A stretch of 64,000 bases of DNA from a virus: the IMG/VR virus record IMGVR_UViG_3300011417_000001. The stretch is one strand, 5' to 3'. Shown here in pieces: positions 16,951 to 26,993 of the stretch (its first letter is position 1; each line of letters opens with the position of its first letter). The notes under the pieces are model-generated. The model searched no databases. It saw only the letters and a list, made by a program, of their open reading frames with translations, and was not told where the DNA came from. The position numbers and the translations under genes were made by a program.

Positions 16951-17871
16951 TTAGTTTTCATATTTTTCTCTTAATGCTTTCGGAACAAGTGCGCTGCTTA
17001 CCGGGTAGAACTGGTGGTTACAATTATACCCCCCGCGCCTAATGAAAAGATTATCTGCCGAAGTTCCTTCAATCATTCCATGTGGCAAATCGTATCGTTT
17101 ATAAATCGCTACCTGATGCCCGCAAATTTGCCCGTCAACTAATTTAGCGAACTGCGAACGGTGAACGTAGGGCTGGCAGGTCTCTTTTGAACGAATCATT
17201 TCCTTGCACCACTCCCGCGAGGTTTCCATCAGCGAACCCACGTACTGAAACCACTCTAACCCTAAATCCGCTGTGGCGATTTGATTGTAGGAAGCATTGT
17301 ATTGATTAATCGAATCGGTTGTGATTTGCTTAGCGTACTTTACTAAAGCCCCGTCTCCGGCTCTCGTATCAGTAATGTACTGCCGCATCTGCTCTACGTA
17401 GTCCTCAAATCTTCCGCCTGATGTTATGTTTACCCGAAGTATCTCTCTTATTTTTTGGGTTACGTTTTCGCCTATCCCCGCTTCGGTAAGCGATGCCATT
17501 GTTTCATCAATGGTCTGCTTTTTTATTTCCCGGAATACCGGAGTGGGCTTGAATTTTTTGTTGATTGCTGAAAAGTACTGTCCGTTGATTTCTTCAACCG
17601 TGTCGTAGGCAGCAATAAACTCATCCAGTTTTTTCAGGTACGGCTTGCTGATAATGATTGCGTCAAGTTCTCTTTTTATCTGAGCTATTAGCCGGACATT
17701 TTTTACTGATGGTTTTATTCTGCCGTTGGCAATGTCAAGCTCTTTGCTTAGCTCAATAATTCTGGCAAATACCTGCTTCTGGGTTGCGGGTAAACTCTCG
17801 TTAAACTTGACCGTTGCCTTGTCAATCGAAGAAAGGATGTTTTTTATTAACTGGTCTGGGCTGGTTGCCAT
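16951..17871 (-). CDS. Minor head protein, Mu F / SPP1 gp7 family
   Basis: The C-terminal half shows WFQYVGSLMETSREWCKEM and a GGYNCNHQF ending typical of the Phage_Mu_F domain. The gene overlaps the stop of the portal-position gene. Confidence 0.7.
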   Translation of the reverse strand: MATSPDQLIKNILSSIDKATVKFNESLPATQKQVFARIIELSKELDIANGRIKPSVKNVRLIAQIKRELDAIIISKPYLKKLDEFIAAYDTVEEINGQYFSAINKKFKPTPVFREIKKQTIDETMASLTEAGIGENVTQKIREILRVNITSGGRFEDYVEQMRQYITDTRAGDGALVKYAKQITTDSINQYNASYNQIATADLGLEWFQYVGSLMETSREWCKEMIRSKETCQPYVHRSQFAKLVDGQICGHQVAIYKRYDLPHGMIEGTSADNLFIRRGGYNCNHQFYPVSSALVPKALREKYEN

Positions 17872-19661
17872 TATTCAACGGGGTCATTTGCCGGAGGTAT
17901 TACTTCTTCTTCTGTCTCTGTCGGCTGCATGGATTCTATTAACTCTTCGGCATATCTTCGAAGTATTTCAATCTGTTGTTTTTTAGGCAGCGTGTCAAAC
18001 TTCGCATTCTCTTCCATCGCCCGCTCGATAAATGAATGTATGTTGGCGTGAATTATAGAATCTGTTTTTTTGACTAATCCGAAAGCATCTCTTGAATTAA
18101 CTACATCTTCCGGTTGCCCGGCAAACGGGTCAAGGGCAAGTTTCATCGAAACTATCTTGCTTATCTTTTCGTCTGTGCTGAATCTTTTGGCAGCAAACTC
18201 TATCTCGGCAGCGTTTATTATTGCAGCGTCCATCTTAGCCTCTTTCATTGACCGTATTCTGTCTAACATAAATTCGTCTCCAAGCAGGTCAAACTTCTGC
18301 GGGACGTTGATTACCGGGAGCATCAATAGCCTTTTGGAATCGTCTTTTACAGAGGTTTTATAACGATAATCATTAATACAGAAAACAATGTTATCCAAAA
18401 GTTCTACCCCATCCTCTGCCACCCCATGAACGAAGTTGTTAAGTTCTTCTTTGTCAACCTCTTTCGCTAATCCGCTTTGATTTAGTGGTGTTGAGGCAAG
18501 AAACTCCATGTTGATTGAGGCGTATGCCTGAAAGAAGTGTCCTTCGATTCGCTCGCGCTGAATAGATACTATGCTTGTATCTTTGGTGATAAATCCGGCT
18601 GGTGGTGATGGCAGGTTGGTTTCTCCGGCAGGTGGTTTTCCAAGTACAAGATTTTCGTAAGGATTAAAAGGATAAATACCTTTTCCTCCACACATCCCGC
18701 AGGTTTCTTTGGAGGGCTTTGTCCCGGCCGCCTTACTCTTGTTTATCATTTCATACCCCGTCCCCCCACACCGCTTACAATCGTGAGGCTGGTACGCCCA
18801 AAGGGTAGAGTGAACATGCTGCACTACCTCTGCCTGCATATCAGAATACTCACGTGTTGCCTCGTCCAAAAATGGAATCATGCCCATTATCTTGCTTTCA
18901 TAGAGCGTCTGGTAGAGTGTTTCATTAAAGACTATTCCCTTCATATCATACACCGGCACATACCCCAACCCGTGTTTGTAGTTAAACGCCTCCCGGTACT
19001 GGTGGTCAAAACTGACTTGGTCGAAAGTCTGAATGTTTGTGTCAGTCACCACATAGTACCGGCAGCCGTTTGTATATTCTGTTCCGCTTTGCACGTACCT
19101 GATTTTCTCTATGCTTTTTAAAACATAGTATTTTTTGTACTCGTAATCAATAACATTTTCAGAGTTGTAAATAAATGGGTATGGTTTCAGGTACTCGTTG
19201 TCTTTAGCCTCTAAATTTATCGGCATCACAAATACCTTAGCGTTGGTATCTACTAACTGCTGCTTTAGCCCGATTTGAAAGTACCAGTTGGTAATGGAAG
19301 TATATTTTGGAAAGTTAAGGATAAGATAATCAAATAAGGTCTCCCCTTCTCTTACTGTTGATACGCTGCTGTCCTCCCCAAACTTTATAGACCAGTCTTG
19401 TGACTTACGTATCTTCATCAGCGAGTTATATACTTTCGTAAAACAGCTTTTAGTTACAGGTACGTAAATCTCTTCCCGGTATTTCTGAATCTTTTCGGAC
19501 TCGGATGGCCTGCGCTTGGTAAGCAAGTCTCCCGGCTTTTCCCCGTTGGCGTGTACTTTTATAGCGTGGTACTTCTTAACGCTCTGGTCGTAGAAAGGAT
19601 GGTAGTACTTTAGCTTGTCCGGCTGGATGTACTTGTTAAACTGGGCAATGGTAAATTCCAT
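17871..19661 (-). CDS. Portal protein (by position and size) carrying an inserted CxxCxGxG zinc finger
   Basis: 596 aa, directly upstream of the MuF-like gene. Residues 295-328 read CKRCGGTG...CGMCGGKG. Confidence 0.55.
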   Translation of the reverse strand: MEFTIAQFNKYIQPDKLKYYHPFYDQSVKKYHAIKVHANGEKPGDLLTKRRPSESEKIQKYREEIYVPVTKSCFTKVYNSLMKIRKSQDWSIKFGEDSSVSTVREGETLFDYLILNFPKYTSITNWYFQIGLKQQLVDTNAKVFVMPINLEAKDNEYLKPYPFIYNSENVIDYEYKKYYVLKSIEKIRYVQSGTEYTNGCRYYVVTDTNIQTFDQVSFDHQYREAFNYKHGLGYVPVYDMKGIVFNETLYQTLYESKIMGMIPFLDEATREYSDMQAEVVQHVHSTLWAYQPHDCKRCGGTGYEMINKSKAAGTKPSKETCGMCGGKGIYPFNPYENLVLGKPPAGETNLPSPPAGFITKDTSIVSIQRERIEGHFFQAYASINMEFLASTPLNQSGLAKEVDKEELNNFVHGVAEDGVELLDNIVFCINDYRYKTSVKDDSKRLLMLPVINVPQKFDLLGDEFMLDRIRSMKEAKMDAAIINAAEIEFAAKRFSTDEKISKIVSMKLALDPFAGQPEDVVNSRDAFGLVKKTDSIIHANIHSFIERAMEENAKFDTLPKKQQIEILRRYAEELIESMQPTETEEEVIPPANDPVE

Positions 19662-20551
19662 TATATGTGACTCCTTTCTTTGAGGTATTTTGATTTAGAA
19701 ACATTTTCAAATGTGGGCACTCCCCGGTAGTAGGCGTAGTGCTTTACTAAGTTGTCGGCTATCTTTTTTATGCGCTGTCCGATGTGCTTTCCGCCCAGCG
19801 ATATTCCGTAGTAGTTTTGCAAGATGTACTGGTCGTTCTTCTGACGGTGTAGCGGTTCCCAATAGGTAGGGTAGTACGGTATCGCGTGTGGCATCATGTT
19901 TAGTTTTAGCATCGCAAGACAGAAGGCAGGCTCGTCCGGCTTGCCCCCAGCAAACTGCTTGCATATCATTTTTTCATCATCATAGAATTGTCGTGCGGTG
20001 TTAAATAATTCACTCGTCTGCTCAGACTGTTTAAAGTAAATCCACTCGCTGCTTAAATCTATCCACTTTTCTATCCCGAAGTTTTCTTTCATCAGTGCCA
20101 TATCCACCCAGTCACTGTGGCCTGCGCTGATTGGGCTGCTTCCCCTGTTTGCCATCGTGAAGTTAATGTTTGCATACTCCTCAAATACTTGAGAAGGTTT
20201 TTTGTAGGGTGACCATACCATGTCTACATCGAGAAATAATGTTTCCTGAAACGGGCTTAACTTGTCAAGATAGAGCTTAGGTTTAACATAGCAGTGGTCT
20301 GTTCCGAACATGGAATAGTTGTAAGGACATTTAATTTTAATATCAAACAAGAACTTTTGCGCCTCGTCCAACTCAACTATTGAGCTTTCATTGTGAATCA
20401 GTGCAATCTTTAGTTCCGGCTCCATCTTTTTCAGTCCCACCGCAAGATTGACCGCAAAGCGTCCGTAGATGTGGTGCCCAAGTGCCATTAGTACAATGCC
20501 TCTTCCTGATTTATCGGGGCGGTTGGCGGTGTTTATTTCGATTATTTCCAT
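19661..20551 (-). CDS. Glycosyltransferase, GT8-like (GT-A fold)
   Basis: KPKLYLDKLSPFQETLFLDVDMVW matches the GT8 pattern around the DxD motif. The gene is embedded in the structural operon. Confidence 0.5.
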   Translation of the reverse strand: MEIIEINTANRPDKSGRGIVLMALGHHIYGRFAVNLAVGLKKMEPELKIALIHNESSIVELDEAQKFLFDIKIKCPYNYSMFGTDHCYVKPKLYLDKLSPFQETLFLDVDMVWSPYKKPSQVFEEYANINFTMANRGSSPISAGHSDWVDMALMKENFGIEKWIDLSSEWIYFKQSEQTSELFNTARQFYDDEKMICKQFAGGKPDEPAFCLAMLKLNMMPHAIPYYPTYWEPLHRQKNDQYILQNYYGISLGGKHIGQRIKKIADNLVKHYAYYRGVPTFENVSKSKYLKERSHI

Positions 20552-20555
20552 GTTT

Positions 20556-22505
20556 TTAGGTTGAACAATTTCGGTTAAATAAAACTTTCTCTATCCTCTT
20601 TTGAACTTCGATGGTTGATTGTGCTAAATTCCTTTTTCCTCTTTCCGCCCAGTTGGGTTCGTAGTCTTTAAAGATTACAAGGTACTCCACCCCGTCAATC
20701 TCGAATATGTCACACGGAATCATTCCGTTGCCCATTGTGTCGTGACCGTACTCGTCCATGTAGTCAAACAGCATCTCGTAATGTTTTTCTACTGAAGCAT
20801 AGATTCTCTTTTTTGTGCCGGTGCTGTAGGTATAATCCTCCCCCGAAATCGGGTAGGTTGGTGTCATGTACAGGGTTCGGAATCGCTGAATCAGCATAAA
20901 GATGTTGCCGTTATTACCAAAGTTGAATCCTAATGCAACCCCGTCCGCCCATGCTCTTATTCTCTTAGTACACGGATGTTGAGATGTGTAATTAATAATT
21001 GTATCTGATGTATATAAGAAAGGTATGGGGGGCGAACCCGGAGCATCGCAATAATCCCTAAACTCAACCCGGTAACAAGAGTATGGCAATTCAACGGGGA
21101 TGCCGCCAGAAAGAATAGCATCCAATGAAGTCACTCTCCATGTTACCCAATCCTCGTCATAATTAATCGGATTTGAGGATGAGTTTTCATCATGCCAGTC
21201 AGTTGCGCCTGAGCCATCTTCGTAAACTAATCTCATTTCGTAATCTCTTCTTAACTGGCAAAGTTCAATGGCCGGTAAGATGCAGCCATCAAAATCGGAT
21301 GATGGCGTAAACATTTCTCCGGCTGTTGTTAGTGCTGTAAAGTAGAAGTTGTAAATCCCGCTTTGGGTTATTGTTCCTAACTCTACTCCCCCGGCTTCTA
21401 CCACTAATTCCCCTTCTGTCATGCTTACCTGAATGGTCATCTTGTAATAATTCCCGATTGTAAGCGTGTTGCCTGCATAGAAAGCATTTACCCAAGTTAC
21501 CTCATGACAAAATCCATCCGTAGGATTGTATGACCATCCGCTTGCTGTTTGGGTGGCCGAAGCATCATCTACCGTACCGTCAAAACCACCTGTGGGAGAA
21601 AGCCTGAACAAGTCATCCGCTAAGTTTTGATTAGGGGAATTTATTGTCAGTACTCCATTTGCCGATGAGCTTGTTAAAGTAACTAACCCGAAAACCATTG
21701 TGAGCGTACCAGCGGTTCTTGCACTAATTGTTACCGCCCATAATATATCTGCTCGCTGCCGTTCGATATTTAACAGTTGAGTAACAGATGATGTTCCTGC
21801 TGGGGTAGTGTGAGTAACCGCATTGGCAGCGTATGTCCAACTGGAGTCAAATGTCCATCCTGTCGCGCCACCCGTAAATGCACCATTAGCAATATATTCC
21901 GTAGTTGAAGTGTCAAACGTATAACAAGACGCGATTTCTTTTACAGAAGCATTGGTAATTACTAACTCGCCTGTGTCTGGTACTGAATAATCGTTGTTGC
22001 TTCCAAAGGCCACTATCCCTGTAGTGCCTGCTACCCCGTAAATAATTTGCTCTCCGGTTGCATTTGCATCAATAGTCCCAGCCCTCCTGCCTCCTAAATA
22101 AACATCTACTCCATAGTTAGTCGAATTGCTTACTATGGTGATGGTTATCCTATAAGACTTCCCGGTTGTTATTGCAAGTCCTGATTGGCTTATTGATGGG
22201 GCTGCTCCTCCACCCGGTGGGGTTAGGGTGGCCTCTCCACCTGCTATTACCCACCCAGCATCGCATGTCCAATCTACCCCACACAAAGTAGAAAAATCTC
22301 CGGCAGTCACTAATTCAGCTCCAAGTTCATCTGCATCACAAGCCAAGTTGTCCCCACAGCAGTACTGCTTTGCCTGAAAGTTGAGCGGGTCTTCGGGTTG
22401 CATCAAAACAGCGTAGCCAGACAAGTCCTTGTTAATGCAGGCTTGGTCATCAAACTTTGCGGAGTTGAATCGTATAGGTTGGTTGTCTATAAAAGTAATT
22501 GCCAT
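20556..22505 (-). CDS. Structural protein with three tandem jelly-roll/CBM-like repeats
   Basis: Three repeats of about 110-130 aa share the patterns G.F....GW and Y.ItI.V...G.L.V..GG...GTI. Confidence 0.5.
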   Translation of the reverse strand: MAITFIDNQPIRFNSAKFDDQACINKDLSGYAVLMQPEDPLNFQAKQYCCGDNLACDADELGAELVTAGDFSTLCGVDWTCDAGWVIAGGEATLTPPGGGAAPSISQSGLAITTGKSYRITITIVSNSTNYGVDVYLGGRRAGTIDANATGEQIIYGVAGTTGIVAFGSNNDYSVPDTGELVITNASVKEIASCYTFDTSTTEYIANGAFTGGATGWTFDSSWTYAANAVTHTTPAGTSSVTQLLNIERQRADILWAVTISARTAGTLTMVFGLVTLTSSSANGVLTINSPNQNLADDLFRLSPTGGFDGTVDDASATQTASGWSYNPTDGFCHEVTWVNAFYAGNTLTIGNYYKMTIQVSMTEGELVVEAGGVELGTITQSGIYNFYFTALTTAGEMFTPSSDFDGCILPAIELCQLRRDYEMRLVYEDGSGATDWHDENSSSNPINYDEDWVTWRVTSLDAILSGGIPVELPYSCYRVEFRDYCDAPGSPPIPFLYTSDTIINYTSQHPCTKRIRAWADGVALGFNFGNNGNIFMLIQRFRTLYMTPTYPISGEDYTYSTGTKKRIYASVEKHYEMLFDYMDEYGHDTMGNGMIPCDIFEIDGVEYLVIFKDYEPNWAERGKRNLAQSTIEVQKRIEKVLFNRNCST

Positions 22506-24478
22506 TATTTAAGCATTTCCTGAGTTCCAAGCAAGGTAACATTCGCCATGCTTGTGTTGTGATTGTATTTTAAGGTGTCAATCCATCCCGCCTGTACCTT
22601 GTTCCCGTTGTAGGTAATCGCTATCTTCTGAAAGACGTTGTCTTCGATTGCGTAGAAGTCAGCGTTGGGAATTGGGTACTCGAAGTCGGCTTTTACTATT
22701 GGGATTTCGTTCTGATTATTCAGAGTTATAACTTCGCCACCGGAATCGGGTGCGCTTGTGCAGGCGAAGTAGGTTTCGTTGTTAGCACCCAAAACAACGA
22801 TGTAGGCCGAACCCAATCCTATTACAGCGTCTATTGTAACATCACACGAAATATAATCTCCTGCAAGACAATAAAATGATGCCTGATGAGTTATAATTGT
22901 AGTTTGAGGAACAGTGGTAGTATTATTGACGATGTCTAATACTCCACTTGCCTCTTGAAATATAGTGCCACTATTATATCGCTGGAATCCGTGTGAGATA
23001 GTTGCATACGATGAGGATGCCAATATTTGGAATTGGTGATAGAATGTGTGAGTTCCTTCTGCCACGCAAGTATATCTTGAATTGGCTTGTGATACAGGTG
23101 TTCCTTGTGCCGTACCATTTCCATAATTATTAACAACTCCATTACCATCGAAATTTGGAAAGTTAAAGTCATCATCAAATTGAAATGGGAAATAAGTTGT
23201 ATAGCTAATGGCAATAATATTTATATTAGCTGTATGAGCTGCTCTAAACAAATTATTGACTGTCCCTGTAAAGTTTACAATGCTGTTCGGTATTTGGCTG
23301 TTCCACCTTTCTAACACTTCGTTATTCATTAACCTTGTGTTGTAGAAGTATGGAGGAGCGGAGGCGAATGGGTTTCCGGGTATAGCCGTGCTTGTATATC
23401 CGCTTCCGGAAACAGTTACATCTTCGCAGTCAACAAAGAATATTTCTTCGGCAAAGTTGGTTGTTGGCTGAATAAGCAAATCCTCTATCATGTTGCTCGA
23501 AATAACATAGCTGCTCATCAGGTCAAGACGGGCATCAATGTTGCACTGCTCAAGTGTAGTGTAGTTTTCCGGTTTGTAGGTAAAGTATAAATTGCTCTCT
23601 ACAAACGATACTCCATTTCCGGGAAGCGCATCCAGAATCTTATCCGAACCTACAGAGATAATCGCTACCAGTTTTGATGTGTCTATTTTAAACTTTACCC
23701 CGTTTACGTTTTCAAGTTTTCTAACGATGGTGTTTAAAAACAAGTCCTGATACTTTTCGATTCTCAGTACAGGTACATTTCCTGTAGTGTCTATGTAGAA
23801 AGTGACGTTTATTTTCTTTTTTACTTCCTGAAAAAACTTGTCAAATGAGGCTTTGATGGCTCCGCCCGTTCCAAAGAATGCTATCTCCTGTCCGTACATA
23901 ACGGAAAGTCCTTCAAACTCCCCGCCCAATCCAAATAGGTTAGAATCAAAAGCCACTTCATCATCACTCATAAAGGCTATCATGTTCTTAAATACATCAT
24001 AAACACGGTAGCCTGTTCGTGGGTCGGTTATTGCTGTCGGGCCAACTGAATCGGGTTTAAACATCGTGATTGTATTCTCTGCCGCTGCATCAATCGTTTC
24101 TCCGTTCTTGCTTCGGGTAGTGTCTACTGTTATCTCAATAGATTTGTTTTTATTAATCCGGGCGTAGAAGTTGTTGTCCTGAACCGGGGCGGTGATGATG
24201 CAGTTGGAGTCTTTCTCTATCTCAAGAATAAAAATCTTCCCTATAAATATCCGTATGTCTTGTCCATCACAGTTATCCCATATTTCACAGGCTATCTCCG
24301 CGCAAAAACCGCTAGTGTCAATTACGCCTTGTATCAAATCAAATCCATCACCATGCCATTTTAGCTTCGCATCGTTGGTAATTAGAAATCCTCCAAGCTG
24401 TGAGTCCCGCTTAATGGTTGTCAGGATGTCGCCATCAGGTTCATCGTTTATAAAGGTGTTATTTAGGTAAAATTTCAA
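22505..24478 (-). CDS. Tail tip/baseplate-position protein
   Basis: 657-aa ORF overlapping the tape-measure stop. Assigned from position only. Confidence 0.4.
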   Translation of the reverse strand: MKFYLNNTFINDEPDGDILTTIKRDSQLGGFLITNDAKLKWHGDGFDLIQGVIDTSGFCAEIACEIWDNCDGQDIRIFIGKIFILEIEKDSNCIITAPVQDNNFYARINKNKSIEITVDTTRSKNGETIDAAAENTITMFKPDSVGPTAITDPRTGYRVYDVFKNMIAFMSDDEVAFDSNLFGLGGEFEGLSVMYGQEIAFFGTGGAIKASFDKFFQEVKKKINVTFYIDTTGNVPVLRIEKYQDLFLNTIVRKLENVNGVKFKIDTSKLVAIISVGSDKILDALPGNGVSFVESNLYFTYKPENYTTLEQCNIDARLDLMSSYVISSNMIEDLLIQPTTNFAEEIFFVDCEDVTVSGSGYTSTAIPGNPFASAPPYFYNTRLMNNEVLERWNSQIPNSIVNFTGTVNNLFRAAHTANINIIAISYTTYFPFQFDDDFNFPNFDGNGVVNNYGNGTAQGTPVSQANSRYTCVAEGTHTFYHQFQILASSSYATISHGFQRYNSGTIFQEASGVLDIVNNTTTVPQTTIITHQASFYCLAGDYISCDVTIDAVIGLGSAYIVVLGANNETYFACTSAPDSGGEVITLNNQNEIPIVKADFEYPIPNADFYAIEDNVFQKIAITYNGNKVQAGWIDTLKYNHNTSMANVTLLGTQEMLK

Positions 24479-26607
24479 TTTCTTAGCGGGGAGTTGTAAC
24501 TGTATTCGCTCATGTATCTTGCTACGCTTCGCCCAATCCTATCGGCTTGTTCTGGTAGTATCTTTCGATTGGCTCTTGTTAGTTTTCCTGAATCCATAAA
24601 CGCCTCTACCTTTCCAAAGTTGTGATTTATAGCAAAGGAGTTGAGGATTTCGGGATTGATTAGATTCTTCCTGATGGCTAAAAGTGTAGGCTCAAACTTG
24701 CGTGTTTCGGCTGCTGTCATTACCGATTCTCCCCTGCTTAACATCGCGGGAATGCTGTCGGATGTTTCTGTTCCATGTCCTTCTAATCCTATTACTCCTT
24801 TTTTAAATTTAGGAACTGGGGCGGATAGAATTGCGCTGGTTTGGAGTGCCCCGAAAGCTATTGCAAGTGCCGAAAGTATTCCGGGTGGAATAGTTGCAGC
24901 AAATAGCTTAACTGCATTTTCGGCTGTCTGTATTGCTACTCTTATCAGAGAGGCTGTTCGGTCTGCGATGAATGCTTTGCGTTTTTCATCCGCTATCTTT
25001 TTGTTGAGTTCCTTTTCTGTTGCTTCTCTCTGTTTCGCTAACTCCTTTTGCTTTTGCGCATATAACCCATCCGATATGATTTTATTATTGTTTAGCTCTT
25101 CAAGTCTTTCCTCCTCTTCATCAAATGCCTCTAATCTTCGGTCTTTCTCTGCGTTTAATTGGTCTACATTAGATTCAAATCCTACTGCTAATGTGGTAAA
25201 CAAATCAATAAACATTTCTTTGCCTTGTTCGGTAAAACTTTCCAGCGCAGCCAGCCCCTCTTTAGTAAATCCTATTTCTGCCCCTAAGATATTTTTAAAT
25301 GCCAACTCACCTGCTTTACCAAACTCCTGAGTTTTTACTTTAATTAAATCAAGTTTGTCGGGTAGCTCATTAATCGGCTTCATTGATTCTTTAACCGAAT
25401 CAATCATTTTTTGAATCGCATTAATAGAATCGGTTGGTATTACATTTTCTGCCCTCTCCTCTTGTAATGCAGCATTAAGTTGGCGCTGTAAGATTAATCG
25501 GTTGTTAAGAATGTCTAATACTGTTTGTGTAGATTTATTGTAAGCATCTGTACTCTTTACGTTATCCCGAAGGATGCGCTGATATTTTAAATCAATATCA
25601 TTCTGCTTTAATTTAAGGGCTAATATTTCCGATTGCTTGCCCCCGGTTTCTTCCAATAACTTTATCTGCCGTTCCAAATCTTTTACTACTGCATTCCCCG
25701 CTAACCTTTTTTCCTGAGCAGCGGTTATGGCATCATCGAATTTAAGGTTCTTTTCTAATTGTTTATTGTACGCTTCCTGCGCTGCCTCCGCCCGCTCTGA
25801 TGCGCGTGTTACAGCATAGTAAATGGTTACCAGTGTAGCTAATGCGGCAACTACTATCCCAATGGGGTTGGCCAGCATAATTGCCGTAAGTCTGGCTTGT
25901 GCGGTTGCTAATACATTTGTAGCCGTTGCCCCCGCTACCTGAGTTGTGTTGAGTGCAGTTTGGGCAGTAGCGGTTATTCCTAAAAGTATTCTAAGGCTTG
26001 TAAAAGCATCTTTTAATCCAAGAACCGATTGAAGTCCCTGAGTGAGAGCTAACGCTGCCTGAACTTTTAATAATGCCTTTTGAACATCCTCTGATTCTTC
26101 TCCAAACAATGCCATCGCCCCCTGTGCAGCAGCAAATCCACCAGCAATACCTGTACCTAATTGAAGAAATGCACCTAATTTTTGTTCAGGATTAAGGTTT
26201 CTTATTACCTTATTTAAATCATCCATCTTGTCCTGCAATTTTCCTGCTGAACGAGCTGCTTCAATAGCCTGTGGCGAAAATTCGCCCATTGTTTGAGCAA
26301 GCCGCGCTGCTTCAACCTTCGCTTCAGCTACCTGAGACCTTAATGATTTAAAAGCGGTAGTGGTTTTTTCTGCCTCTTTAGATGGGCTTGGATTCTTTTT
26401 TCCTCCAGGCAAACTATCCGAAAGTTTCGTTGCCTCCTCTGCCGCCTTCTTTGATTCAACCGCTAACTTAGCCGATTGGTCAGCAAGTTTCTTGAACTCC
26501 TCAGCATCCTTAGCCGTAATCTGTCCAAGTTTTACCAATAGGTCAATGGTAGGCTTCATGGCCTCCGCATTTGACGACACATTAACAACTATATTTTCTA
26601 CTGCCAT
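24475..26607 (-). CDS. Tape measure protein
   Basis: 710 aa with long Ala/Lys/Glu coiled coils and Gly/Ala-rich hydrophobic blocks (GTGIAGGFAAAQGAMALFG, IGIVVAALATLVTIYYAV). Confidence 0.75.
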   Translation of the reverse strand: MAVENIVVNVSSNAEAMKPTIDLLVKLGQITAKDAEEFKKLADQSAKLAVESKKAAEEATKLSDSLPGGKKNPSPSKEAEKTTTAFKSLRSQVAEAKVEAARLAQTMGEFSPQAIEAARSAGKLQDKMDDLNKVIRNLNPEQKLGAFLQLGTGIAGGFAAAQGAMALFGEESEDVQKALLKVQAALALTQGLQSVLGLKDAFTSLRILLGITATAQTALNTTQVAGATATNVLATAQARLTAIMLANPIGIVVAALATLVTIYYAVTRASERAEAAQEAYNKQLEKNLKFDDAITAAQEKRLAGNAVVKDLERQIKLLEETGGKQSEILALKLKQNDIDLKYQRILRDNVKSTDAYNKSTQTVLDILNNRLILQRQLNAALQEERAENVIPTDSINAIQKMIDSVKESMKPINELPDKLDLIKVKTQEFGKAGELAFKNILGAEIGFTKEGLAALESFTEQGKEMFIDLFTTLAVGFESNVDQLNAEKDRRLEAFDEEEERLEELNNNKIISDGLYAQKQKELAKQREATEKELNKKIADEKRKAFIADRTASLIRVAIQTAENAVKLFAATIPPGILSALAIAFGALQTSAILSAPVPKFKKGVIGLEGHGTETSDSIPAMLSRGESVMTAAETRKFEPTLLAIRKNLINPEILNSFAINHNFGKVEAFMDSGKLTRANRKILPEQADRIGRSVARYMSEYSYNSPLRN

Positions 26608-26614
26608 TGGGTGA

Positions 26615-26989
26615 TTATGGTGTTAAGCCTAAATCTGTAAGCTGTTCTGAACTTAATTTGGTTTTAATCCACTTCTTTTTTAATGCTGATTGGTCAAGTT
26701 CATTCTGCGTGTAGAATGCTGTTTCGGTTATTACCGGCACTATCGGGTAGGTAATTTCTACTTTTATACCATTGGCATTGGTAACTACTTTAAGTTCTGA
26801 CGGGAATACTCCTTTATCTCCCTGTAACTTTTTAAGAATGCCAAGCCATTGTTCTGCATCGGTTCTGTTTTTGAATTTCAGAAACGGCTGCTCAAATTCT
26901 CCGAATATAAGGTTAGAATAAACAATCCTGTATTTGGCATCCGCCTGCTCAATAACTCCTTCTAATGATACTTCGTAGTATGATGTCAT
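26615..26989 (-). CDS. Tail assembly chaperone-position protein
   Basis: 124-aa ORF immediately upstream of the tape measure. No productive frameshift partner was found. Confidence 0.35.
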   Translation of the reverse strand: MTSYYEVSLEGVIEQADAKYRIVYSNLIFGEFEQPFLKFKNRTDAEQWLGILKKLQGDKGVFPSELKVVTNANGIKVEITYPIVPVITETAFYTQNELDQSALKKKWIKTKLSSEQLTDLGLTP

Positions 26990-26993
26990 GTTT

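Noticed and set aside
24641-25330. The 229-aa plus-strand ORF antisense to the tape-measure gene. Similar antisense ORFs include 302-919, 5833-6303, 13868-14296, 15095-15534, 18783-19121, 33353-33685 and 40704-41003.
   Set aside because: These are Ser/Leu/Ala-rich mirror ORFs typical of the antisense strand of coiled-coil or strongly biased genes. Each lies wholly inside a better-supported gene on the other strand.
26675-26681. A canonical A AAA AAG slippery heptamer, in the zero frame, near the 3' end of the chaperone-position ORF upstream of the tape measure. This would be the expected G/GT-type frameshift.
   Set aside because: After a -1 slip the frame reads AAA AAA GAA GTG GAT TAA and stops within a few codons. 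No extended product is possible, so it is probably a coincidental Lys-Lys run.
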